A stretch of 44,219 nucleotides of DNA from a virus (taxonomy: Duplodnaviria; Caudoviricetes): the IMG/VR virus record IMGVR_UViG_3300036784_000137, positions 1 to 44,219 of that record; one strand, given 5' to 3'. This document shows positions 1 through 8,037 of this stretch, in pieces (positions within the stretch are counted from its first letter, which is position 1; every line of letters starts with the position of its first letter). The notes beneath the pieces were generated by a model, which ran no database searches, was not told the DNA's origin, and saw nothing but the letters and a program-made list of their open reading frames with translations. The translations under genes were made by a program, and so were the position numbers.

Positions 1-197
1 GCCGTAAAACTCGTCCCCGTGGACCAGTCTGCGAAGGAAGTTGCACCGCCGTTTGGATCGATCGAGGGCGCCGTGCATGCCGCGCCGCCGCTTGCCTGTT
101 GCGCCCGCGATTGCCAATAGGCTTGCGGCATGGGTTGCTGCAGCAGGCAGAATATGCCGGCAAGCAAGAGAGCCCACACAAGCAGGATACAACGCAT
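1..197 (-). CDS. Partial (5' part) signal-peptide protein, divergent allele of 43111..43884
   Basis: Hand translation MRCILLVWALLLAGIFCLLQQPMPQAYWQSRAQQASGGAACTAPSIDPNGGATSFADWSTGTSFT runs off the window edge; TGATG coupling to the upstream gene. Confidence 0.8.
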   Translation of the reverse strand, partial: MRCILLVWALLLAGIFCLLQQPMPQAYWQSRAQQASGGAACTAPSIDPNGGATSFADWSTGTSFT

Positions 198-532
198 CAG
201 AGCTGGTACCCGCCGGCCGCAACTGACACCAGACCGCCCGCTCCGGGGGGAGCCGAGATCACCGCGATCGCGGTGTTGATGGCGCTGGAGGGAATGCACG
301 GATTGAACACCATCTCGGTCAAGCCGATGCCCGAGGCCAGCGGCGCCGTCCATTGCATGAAATTCAAGGTGCCGCTCACGGTGCCGGTAACCGTCGAATT
401 TGTTGTTATCGCCGCCGTGGCGTTGGCGCGTATCGACATCCAGCAAATATAGGTCTTGAGCGAAACCGAGGCGGCGAGCGTTGCGGTCGTGGCGGCCGTC
501 GTGCCGGTCGCCGACGCCGTGATGGGCAACGC
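101..532. repeat. Imperfect terminal duplication of 43788..44219 (identical only at 429..532 = 44116..44219)
   Basis: Direct alignment by eye, offset 43,687; last mismatch is g428 vs c44115. Confidence 0.93.
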
Positions 533-988
533 GCCCACGGGATACTGGCTCGACAAGCCGGTAGGTGCCGAGCTGTTACCGGCGATGGTCTTGAGGATCG
601 CGATGTTGCTGCCCGAGCCGGATGTCCAGGCCGCATCGGCGGGAGTGCCGATGCCGGTCGCGGTCGCGGTCTCCTGCGTGATCTGCGTGGTTTGATTGGC
701 CGAGGTGGATGCGCCGGTGGGGAGCGGCAGCGCGGCGGCGCTGACCGGTTGCGTCACGGCTGATGAGTCCACCTTGACGGCACCGGCCGCGCTGACCGCA
801 GCGCATTGATTCTCCACCGTGGCATCGCATATGCCAAGCTCGCTCATCACGTTGTTGGAGGCAAACTTGATCAGGTTGGCGATCTTGCCCGTCCCCGGCG
901 TTACCCCAACGGTGTCATTGAGTGCCCATGCTCCCACAGCCCCGCAAAGCAGCAGGAACATAGCAAAGAACAGTTTCTGCCACGGCAT
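197..988 (-). CDS. Signal-peptide Ala/Thr-rich putative virion appendage protein
   Basis: Start reassigned to MPWQKLFFAMFLLLCGAVGAWA (TGATG overlap with upstream stop); 'VTQPVSAAALPLPTGASTSANQTT' fibre-like segment; 4 Cys in mature part. Confidence 0.7.
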   Translation of the reverse strand: MPWQKLFFAMFLLLCGAVGAWALNDTVGVTPGTGKIANLIKFASNNVMSELGICDATVENQCAAVSAAGAVKVDSSAVTQPVSAAALPLPTGASTSANQTTQITQETATATGIGTPADAAWTSGSGSNIAILKTIAGNSSAPTGLSSQYPVGALPITASATGTTAATTATLAASVSLKTYICWMSIRANATAAITTNSTVTGTVSGTLNFMQWTAPLASGIGLTEMVFNPCIPSSAINTAIAVISAPPGAGGLVSVAAGGYQL

Positions 989-1956
989 CAGAACAGCCCT
1001 CCATAGGCTACAAGTTGCGAGCAGCCGGTCGAAAGATCGAGCACGCCAGCGCAGCCGCCGCCACCCCCGAACCATCTGAGCAGATAATTGTCGATGTTCG
1101 CCCGGTCGGCGACGGTGACGGCACCCTTGACGATGATAATTTCCGCCATGGTGCTTTCCAGGATCGCAGTGCCGCCGGCCGTAGCGGAAACGCCAAGGTC
1201 TACCGTGGCGGCAAAGGTCGGGGTTGCGGCCACAGGCGTTTGCGCTACATTGTTCAGATACATCGTGTCGTTCACACCATTGAACACCGTACCCAGCCGA
1301 GCCCACGTATTGGCGGCCAAGACAGTCGTGCTCAAGTCCGCGTTGTTGTACGTGGTGACCGCATTGCCGGTGGTTTTGCCGTAGAACGGGATTGCGGTCG
1401 TGGCCGTCGTGTCTGAGCCAGCTACCGAAAAGGAGATAAATCTCCCGTTATTGGTGCCCAGCGGCAGGTTGGCGATCCAGCGCGATACCATAAATACGGA
1501 AAGCGTCGTGCCGCCAAGAGCAATCCCGGTCTTTTGCATCCATGTCGTCTGCCCGGTGAAGTGAATGGCCGGCAGACCGTTCTGCACACCTACATTGAAT
1601 GTGGGTTTTACCGTAGCGGTCAGGTTGTTGCCGTTGCCGCTCTGATCGTTCCATTGCGTGACCGTTTGCCCGTCTGTTGCTGGTGTAATTCCCGCGTCAC
1701 TGAAGACGCCGGCGTCGGCCTTGTACCATGCGGCCAGATTGGCCAGGCTCGCCGGGGTGAACGGGGGGCCAGCGCCGCCGCCGCCGCCAGGTCCCAGCGC
1801 CGCCCCGTTGACGGTGCCGATGCCGCCATCGCCGATGCCGCCCGCCATGCCACCGGTCGGCCCCAAGGTGGAGATGGAGCCGGGGCCGATGGTGTACTGC
1901 GCCGGGGCAGAGCTTGCCCACAGCGCCAGAATGGCTATCGCGAACAGCCGTTTCAT
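988..1956 (-). CDS. Signal-peptide LamG/concanavalin A-like (lectin-fold) appendage protein
   Basis: MKRLFAIAILALWASSAPA signal; 'LAAWYKADAG...DGQTVTQWNDQSGNGNNLT...NGLPAIHF...AEIIIV...IDNYL' is typical of phage LamG-like domains. Confidence 0.75.
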   Translation of the reverse strand: MKRLFAIAILALWASSAPAQYTIGPGSISTLGPTGGMAGGIGDGGIGTVNGAALGPGGGGGAGPPFTPASLANLAAWYKADAGVFSDAGITPATDGQTVTQWNDQSGNGNNLTATVKPTFNVGVQNGLPAIHFTGQTTWMQKTGIALGGTTLSVFMVSRWIANLPLGTNNGRFISFSVAGSDTTATTAIPFYGKTTGNAVTTYNNADLSTTVLAANTWARLGTVFNGVNDTMYLNNVAQTPVAATPTFAATVDLGVSATAGGTAILESTMAEIIIVKGAVTVADRANIDNYLLRWFGGGGGCAGVLDLSTGCSQLVAYGGLF

Positions 1957-2294
1957 CGGTAATACGCCACGTCGATGGTGGCGCCGGAGCCGATGAACTG
2001 GATGGCACGCAGATTGCCGCTGTACTGAAAGCAGACGGTCGGGGTGTTGGTGGAAATGGTGACCGGCACCCCGATACCGGCGGTGGGAGCCACCCCGTCA
2101 TCGCGGTAACGGATTGACGCCCCGGACACGCACACCTGCACAATGCGCGGTACCTGGTTGGCCGGAATGGTCAGATTGGTAGCCGCTGCCGGATTCGATA
2201 TTTGCTGGTAGCCGACCGGCACATAGACGAACAGTTGCTGCGCGTCGGCCTGGGTCGCCAGGCAGACCGCAATGAGCCACCACCATAAGCGCAT
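1953..2294 (-). CDS. Signal-peptide small beta-sandwich virion-type protein
   Basis: MRLWWWLIAVCLATQADA signal; 'IRYRDDGVAPTAGIG' motif; 2 Cys in mature part. Confidence 0.7.
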   Translation of the reverse strand: MRLWWWLIAVCLATQADAQQLFVYVPVGYQQISNPAAATNLTIPANQVPRIVQVCVSGASIRYRDDGVAPTAGIGVPVTISTNTPTVCFQYSGNLRAIQFIGSGATIDVAYYR

Positions 2295-2461
2295 CAGCCC
2301 CTCCTGCCTCTCCGGTTACGGCGCTTGCTCCGACCGCTCGAACGATCGGCGGCGTGAAACTCGCGGGCGACGCTCTGCGGTATGCCGGCCTCGCGCGCGA
2401 ACTTCGGGTTGTTGGCCGCCGCCGCCATGAAGCGCTTCTGTCTTGGGCTCGTGCTCGGCAT
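2294..2461 (-). CDS. Small basic conserved phage protein
   Basis: MPSTSPRQKRFMAAAANNPKFAREAGIPQSVAREF..., a recurrent phage mini-protein type, with Arg-rich tail; GGAGGG RBS. Confidence 0.7.
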   Translation of the reverse strand: MPSTSPRQKRFMAAAANNPKFAREAGIPQSVAREFHAADRSSGRSKRRNRRGRRG

Positions 2462-2472
2462 TGCACCCTCCG

Positions 2473-2745
2473 CTAGTGGTGCTGCATCCCCGCGTCCGGG
2501 CTGGGTCGAAAGATGAGAGCATGGACCGAGTTGCCCTCGATCAATGCGCCTCCCTTCAAATCGGAGGCGGGCTGGCGATCGGCCTTTTCGCCGCGCTGCA
2601 CGCCGTCGAACATGTGGCCGGCGCGCTCGTCGAAGGTCATGTAATGCTCGGCCTTGGCACTGCGGCTCATTTGCAGTTGTTGCACGCCCCACAGGATGAG
2701 GCTAAACCCAGCGAAGAAACAGAATGTCAGGGTAAAGGTTTTCAT
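2473..2745 (-). CDS. Hypothetical protein with N-terminal membrane anchor
   Basis: MKTFTLTFCFFAGFSLILWGV; AAAGGA RBS; ATGA overlap. Confidence 0.55.
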   Translation of the reverse strand: MKTFTLTFCFFAGFSLILWGVQQLQMSRSAKAEHYMTFDERAGHMFDGVQRGEKADRQPASDLKGGALIEGNSVHALIFRPSPDAGMQHH

Positions 2746-3164
2746 GGCGTTCCTTTCGATTTTTCGCCGGCCAGACCGGCGCGCCAATACAAAGCCGTCA
2801 CCGGTAAAAATACAAGTAGGGAAAAAGCTGACGCCGCGATCACTCGCCAGAGCGTTGGGTCCCAGATCACCCCGCCCCACACCACGCAAGCCGTAACCAG
2901 CGCGATCAGACCCAGCAGCCGCGCCGAGAGCACGTCCAGCGCCAGTTCGATCGCGGCCGGGTAGTCGGCCTTTATCTGGGCGGTGGTAGGTGAAACAGCC
3001 GCTACAGGTGGTGCCGGGGGAATAGGGGCGACCAATGTCTTAGGGTCGCCCGGCAGGAAGGTGCCGCGGCCGGAGGCCAGATGCACCACCCGCGGCCCGT
3101 CCACCAGATCGGCCTCGGTGACGCCCTCGGGCAGCGGTTTATTTTCGGGCAAAGAAGGCTCCAT
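2742..3164 (-). CDS. Two-TM membrane protein (holin-like candidate)
   Basis: C-terminal hydrophobic segments LLGLIALVTACVVWGGVIW and VIAASAFSLLVFLPVTALYW; GGAGG RBS. Confidence 0.6.
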   Translation of the reverse strand: MEPSLPENKPLPEGVTEADLVDGPRVVHLASGRGTFLPGDPKTLVAPIPPAPPVAAVSPTTAQIKADYPAAIELALDVLSARLLGLIALVTACVVWGGVIWDPTLWRVIAASAFSLLVFLPVTALYWRAGLAGEKSKGTP

Positions 3165-3327
3165 CGGTCGCGCCTCCGTCCTGGATCTTGTGGCGAATCA
3201 TTAAAACCTTGGCCCCGGCCTCGATGGCTTTCAGGCGCTCGGTGTTGGTCAAGGTGTCCTTCTTGAGCATTTCCAAAATGCCGCGCTCCATCCGGTCGAG
3301 CAGGTCCTCGTGCTTTCTGGCGGTCAT
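3139..3327 (-). CDS. Hypothetical helical protein
   Basis: 62-aa ORF coupled (ATGA) to the upstream gene. Confidence 0.6.
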   Translation of the reverse strand: MTARKHEDLLDRMERGILEMLKKDTLTNTERLKAIEAGAKVLMIRHKIQDGGATDGAFFARK

Positions 3328-4907
3328 TGCACCGGGATTCCAGACGGGTTGTCGAGCAGCTCGGCAGGCGATTGCGGGTAGCCGGCCGCGGCCGCACCAG
3401 GACCCACCGCCTTTACCGTGATGTTGCGCTGGTCGTTGCCCTGCTCGGCCGCAGCCGCCCGCAATGCCGCCACTTTCGCATTGTCCGGCGTCATCTTTCG
3501 CGCCGCCCTGATCTTAGCATTACCGACCGCATAAGGGGCATTCAGCGGCGCCCGGTTCTGGATCATTTCCGCCAGCTTTTCAATGTCCCTGCGACCCAAA
3601 ACGTCACCGAGCTTGCGAGCGCCATATCCTGTCGCTGCTCCGCCAATCGCCAACGGAAGGCTGAAAATGGCGGCGATCAGGTTCCCCCAGGCTGAAACTC
3701 CCCCACCCGGCTCTAGGCGAGAGAGCCTTCGCAGCACATCCTCGGTTAGCGATCCCTCCACAATGCGTTCCATCTGGGCGCGTTCATCAGGCCGGTAGCC
3801 GCGCACACGCTTGTCACTGTCCAATATCTTGCGAATCTCCTGCCGCATGGTGTTTATTTCGTTGGTGTGAGTGCCGGTCGCGGCAGCGCGGTGACCAGCT
3901 ACCGTTTGAGCCTTTTCTATTTCCTCCAGCTTTTTGGCCGCGCCCCAATTACCTGCTGCGGTTTTCAATGTCTTGGCCTCCGGCGCAGACAACCTAGTAA
4001 GAAAGCTATCCAACTCCGCCTTGACGTGGCTGGCCGCCTCGGCGTCCGGAGCGTTTACGGCCGGGTGTATTTTGTTGAGAGCGTTTCTGACGTTGATAAT
4101 GTCTCCGATATTGGAAGCTCCACTTACCTTCAATTCATTAATCAAATTGAACGTTGACGGTGCCGTGTAGTGGCGGAAGTTTTTCAGACTGTCCTCAATG
4201 TCCTGATTTAGGTCGTCCATCAGTGATTTGGGAATGACCAAACCGGAGTCTTCTGCAGCCTTGTAGCCTGCGCTCGCCGCCTCCTTAATTTCATCGGCGC
4301 CTTTCAGGGTTTGCTTTGGAAGCTTAGCAATCCTGGTTGCATCGCTTGTGAGACCAGCACCGGTGCCACCGGCCATACCGCCGATGAAACGACCGATATT
4401 GCCGCCGGTCTCGCCGCCTATATCCTCGCCAACTTCACCGCCGGCCTGCGCACCCACCCCACCCCCGAGCGTGGTGGCGGCCTTCAACAACTTGCCGCCC
4501 GGCCCAATGGCCGACGACGGCAGAAATTCCCCGACCGACTGTGCGTAGCGTCCGGCGCGGGTCTTGGGCTCCTGGAATTTACCAGTCATTCCTTCCACGC
4601 CGCGAGTAAATTGTTGCGAGGTTCCTAGCGCATAAGAGTTGTCTTTCGGCGGCGTTTGGCCAGTCAGATAATCAATGCCCTTGTTGAGGCCCGATGCAAT
4701 GTCTCCCGGAAGGCCGGCCAAGCCGATGGTGCCCTTGGCGACACCGCGCCCGAACGAAGTAGCCATGTCGCCCACGGTGCTGCCACTATCGTCCTGCTGC
4801 TGGTATTGCTTCTTGGCAAATTCGATGGCCTGCTCCTCGGTCCCGCCATCGGGGCCGTTGACCGTGATGATCGATCCATCGGGAGCCTTGACCTTGAACT
4901 GGGGCAT
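3324..4907 (-). CDS. Putative DNA ejection/internal virion protein
   Basis: Likely start MPQFKVKAPDG; 'SFGRGVAKGTIGLAGLPGD...GRYAQSVGEF' Gly/Ala-rich pattern of podovirus ejection proteins; position in the cassette. Confidence 0.65.
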   Translation of the reverse strand: MPQFKVKAPDGSIITVNGPDGGTEEQAIEFAKKQYQQQDDSGSTVGDMATSFGRGVAKGTIGLAGLPGDIASGLNKGIDYLTGQTPPKDNSYALGTSQQFTRGVEGMTGKFQEPKTRAGRYAQSVGEFLPSSAIGPGGKLLKAATTLGGGVGAQAGGEVGEDIGGETGGNIGRFIGGMAGGTGAGLTSDATRIAKLPKQTLKGADEIKEAASAGYKAAEDSGLVIPKSLMDDLNQDIEDSLKNFRHYTAPSTFNLINELKVSGASNIGDIINVRNALNKIHPAVNAPDAEAASHVKAELDSFLTRLSAPEAKTLKTAAGNWGAAKKLEEIEKAQTVAGHRAAATGTHTNEINTMRQEIRKILDSDKRVRGYRPDERAQMERIVEGSLTEDVLRRLSRLEPGGGVSAWGNLIAAIFSLPLAIGGAATGYGARKLGDVLGRRDIEKLAEMIQNRAPLNAPYAVGNAKIRAARKMTPDNAKVAALRAAAAEQGNDQRNITVKAVGPGAAAAGYPQSPAELLDNPSGIPVQ

Positions 4908-6463
4908 TATTTCACGATGCTCCAACCACCACCGCCACCTTCACCTCCAACTGCACCGCCGCCACCGCCCTCCCCGAAAATGTCGTCATCGGGTATCACA
5001 TCTTCCTTGGGGATTTGGTCGAGCGGGCGCATCTTCATTTTATCACGGACTTTGCCCGGAGCCTGCTTCTCTATCTGCATTTCCTGCATCATGACTCTGA
5101 TTTGGGATTTCATGGCATCGCGCGGCATGTTCGGGCTGAGCATTTCGCGCGCATGAGTTTGACCTGAAACAGTGGACTGACCACCGCTGATGGCCCTGGC
5201 ATAGAGATTGTTGAAGGTGTTGATGCGACCGACCAAGTCCTGGTATTTCGGGTCACCTTTCTGTGCGGCCCATCTGCCCTCGGCTTCGGACCAGATCGCC
5301 AGCCCGGTTCCAGCCGCCTGATTGACGGACTGAGCCAAAAGTGGCCCCGAATCGAGGGCCGTCTGCACCGCAGTGCCGATATTGGCCTCACGCGTATAGG
5401 TGGCGCGTAGCCCAGCAGTCTGCGCGGAAAAATCCTGAATCCTGGCGGCAATGTCCGCCCCGCTCATGCCTCTCTCTTTGGCAAGCTGCGCAATAGCTTC
5501 GCGCACGGCCAGGATATTGCGCCCACCCGCCGGCCCGCGCGACAGATTGGTGATTGCCGACTTGTCGCCGGTGAGATATTGCTCGGCAACCGTCTTAACC
5601 GATTCCGGCGAGAGCACCTCCCCTTTCGCAAGTTCCATTGTCAATCTGATTTTCTCGGTCGCCGCCACCGACTTGTTGTGGTCGTCATCGAGCTTGCGCT
5701 GCAAATCCTCCTGTCGTCCCATCGCCAGACCGAGCGCCTGATAATTCTTCGAGTCTGCCATATTGTAGGTAATCTCATCGTCATATTGCTGGGCGATGAC
5801 CTTGATCTGCGCCAGCTTCATGTCCATGGACAGCTTCTTGTTGTTGAAAACCATGTTGTACTGGTCGATCTTGGCCTGGTTGTCTTCCTTCAGGCGCGTC
5901 GAGGCCTCCTTCCATTCCTCGATGTTGGCTTCGTACTGCTGCCGGTTGCCCTCAGCAAAGCCCTTGATGGCGCTGCCAAAGGCGTTGAGCGCAAAGGTGG
6001 CGTTACGCCGCCCCAGCCCGCCGGCGAGCGCTCCCAGCGCGGTGGCGACCTGCATGTACTCCATCGCGCCCTTGCCGAGCTGCTGCGCTGACGGCTGCTG
6101 CGGGGTTTTGCCCAGTTCCGGCACTGGCGTCGACATAAGGTCCTGGCGGCCGGCCTCCAACGTATCGATCATGGCGGAGCTAGCCGCGCGCTTGCCTTTC
6201 ACCAATTCACTGCGCTCGTCCCGCGCTTCGTCAAGGCGCTTGATCATGTCATCCCAGTATTTGTCGTGGGGGGCATGACCGTTCTTGGCTTCCGCCAATG
6301 ATGGCGGCGGCGCAGTTGGGTCGGCGCCGCCTTGCGCACCGCCCGCCGGGTTCTGGGTGCCGCCCGTGGGGTCGCCACCCTGCGGTGATGGATCAGCACC
6401 GCCTTGCCTGCCGCCTGCTGGATCCTGCGTGCCGCCAGTGGGGTCGTCTTCGTCGTCGGTCAT
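4907..6463 (-). CDS. Putative DNA ejection/internal virion protein
   Basis: 518 aa, coiled-coil rich with a hydrophobic Gly/Ala segment; position in the cassette. Confidence 0.6.
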   Translation of the reverse strand: MTDDEDDPTGGTQDPAGGRQGGADPSPQGGDPTGGTQNPAGGAQGGADPTAPPPSLAEAKNGHAPHDKYWDDMIKRLDEARDERSELVKGKRAASSAMIDTLEAGRQDLMSTPVPELGKTPQQPSAQQLGKGAMEYMQVATALGALAGGLGRRNATFALNAFGSAIKGFAEGNRQQYEANIEEWKEASTRLKEDNQAKIDQYNMVFNNKKLSMDMKLAQIKVIAQQYDDEITYNMADSKNYQALGLAMGRQEDLQRKLDDDHNKSVAATEKIRLTMELAKGEVLSPESVKTVAEQYLTGDKSAITNLSRGPAGGRNILAVREAIAQLAKERGMSGADIAARIQDFSAQTAGLRATYTREANIGTAVQTALDSGPLLAQSVNQAAGTGLAIWSEAEGRWAAQKGDPKYQDLVGRINTFNNLYARAISGGQSTVSGQTHAREMLSPNMPRDAMKSQIRVMMQEMQIEKQAPGKVRDKMKMRPLDQIPKEDVIPDDDIFGEGGGGGAVGGEGGGGGWSIVK

Positions 6464-8028
6464 GGGGTTGCCGCTGGTGTTGCCGGTGTGCTGCTGCCGC
6501 CAAACTTACCGCTGAGCGCCGCCAGCAGGCCGAACGACTGCAACGCTGAGCTGGTCGCCTGCTGGAAGGCTTGGTCCTGCTGCGACTGTAGTTGCGCCGC
6601 CTGCATCAGGGTGTTGTCGAGCGCGCTGGTCACGGCGGAGGACGCGCCCACGCCTTGGGTGGCGGCACCCGCGGCCTGGAAGGCGGTGGTGATCAATTGG
6701 TTGACCATCTGCACCTGCTGCGCCAGCGCGGCTTGATTGATCTGGTTGTTGCCCTCGATCCATGCCGTGGTCTTGGTCGGATCGGTGTTTCCCTCGTTGG
6801 CGAGCTGCTGGTACAACTGATTCTTGGCGTTGTCGGAGTCGGTCTTGATGGCGGCCGCCTGCGCCGGACTGATCTGGAAGTTGTTGGCCATGTTCAGGTC
6901 GGCGGCGGCGGTCTGATTGTACAGGTCGACGTTGGCGGCCGCCTTACCTTGCAGTGGCGCAAGCTGGTTGATAGCGTTTTGCTGAGCCATGTTGGCCTGC
7001 GGTGGGATAGGTGCCGGACCCTTGGCCAAGTTGTAGCCGAGGAACCCGAGCGGAATGCCCAACTCGGCCAACTTGGCGTAGGGCGAGTTGAGCGCACTGC
7101 CGAGCGCGTCGGTGACGCCACCGCCGCCCGCAGTAGCAGGGGCGTTATTCAAGGCCTCCATGGCATTGGCGGACGAGGCATTGGCAACGGCCGGGGGATT
7201 GAGCCCGCCCTCAGCGTCTATTTGCGCCTGCAACGTGCCCCCTTGGGTGGCGCTGGCCGTTATGTCGGAGCCTGCCGAGGAGCTGCCGGCGGCCAGTTCT
7301 GGAGCGGCGGCGGTGCCGGCATCGGTGACGGTCGCGTCCGCGAATTGCGTCCCGGTTGGCGGTGGATTTTCCGTAAAGGCAAACGACGACGGGGTGGGCT
7401 CGGGCGGGGTTGCCGGCGCGTTGCTGAGCAAAGCCGAGAGATTCGGGTTGCCGCTCGCCAGCTCGGTCGAGGGCGTAATGGTACCACCGGCCCCTAGGTT
7501 GGCCTCAACCGCTCCCGGGGTTGCGGCTGCGCCCGTGGGGGCAGCGGTCGCGGGCGTGGAAATGCCGGTGGTGGCGGCGCCCGGGTCACTGAGGAACGAC
7601 AGCGAGGTGTCGGCGGCACCGGCTCCGGGCGCGCCGGTGTCGGCCAGCGCGAGGGCGCTATCCACCCCTTCACCCAGGCCACCGCCGGCGGCGCCAAGCT
7701 CGGCGGCTGGAGTGGCCGCAGCATCAGCCAGCCCGGCGGCACCAGCACCGGCGGCTCCCGCCAGACCAGTGTCGGCAGCCAGCCCTCCTTCGGCGGCAAT
7801 CTGCCCGGCAACATCTCCGGCGGCGATCGCAGGCGCCGCGCTGGCGGCCACCTCGGAGCCAGCGCCAGCCGCAGCACCCAGGCCCGCAACATCTGCCGCC
7901 CCAACATCCGCCGCGGCCGTCCCCGCAACGTCAGCGAGCCCTGCCGCACCCACATCCGCTGCCGCCACATCGCCAGCGCCAAAGAACAGGCCGCCGATCA
8001 GATCACCAAGCGCAATGTCGATGCCCAT
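6460..8028 (-). CDS. Putative pilot/DNA transfer protein
   Basis: Ala/Gly-rich N-terminus, Gln-rich helical C-terminus and terminal hydrophobic stretch, as in P22 gp7/pilot-type proteins; GGAGG RBS. Confidence 0.6.
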   Translation of the reverse strand: MGIDIALGDLIGGLFFGAGDVAAADVGAAGLADVAGTAAADVGAADVAGLGAAAGAGSEVAASAAPAIAAGDVAGQIAAEGGLAADTGLAGAAGAGAAGLADAAATPAAELGAAGGGLGEGVDSALALADTGAPGAGAADTSLSFLSDPGAATTGISTPATAAPTGAAATPGAVEANLGAGGTITPSTELASGNPNLSALLSNAPATPPEPTPSSFAFTENPPPTGTQFADATVTDAGTAAAPELAAGSSSAGSDITASATQGGTLQAQIDAEGGLNPPAVANASSANAMEALNNAPATAGGGGVTDALGSALNSPYAKLAELGIPLGFLGYNLAKGPAPIPPQANMAQQNAINQLAPLQGKAAANVDLYNQTAAADLNMANNFQISPAQAAAIKTDSDNAKNQLYQQLANEGNTDPTKTTAWIEGNNQINQAALAQQVQMVNQLITTAFQAAGAATQGVGASSAVTSALDNTLMQAAQLQSQQDQAFQQATSSALQSFGLLAALSGKFGGSSTPATPAATP

Positions 8029-8037
8029 TTTGGCCTC

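Noticed and set aside
1-532. Diversity-generating retroelement TR/VR pair, or true direct terminal repeat
   Set aside because: No reverse transcriptase; differences are mostly synonymous and not adenine-specific; copies are not identical as a DTR would be
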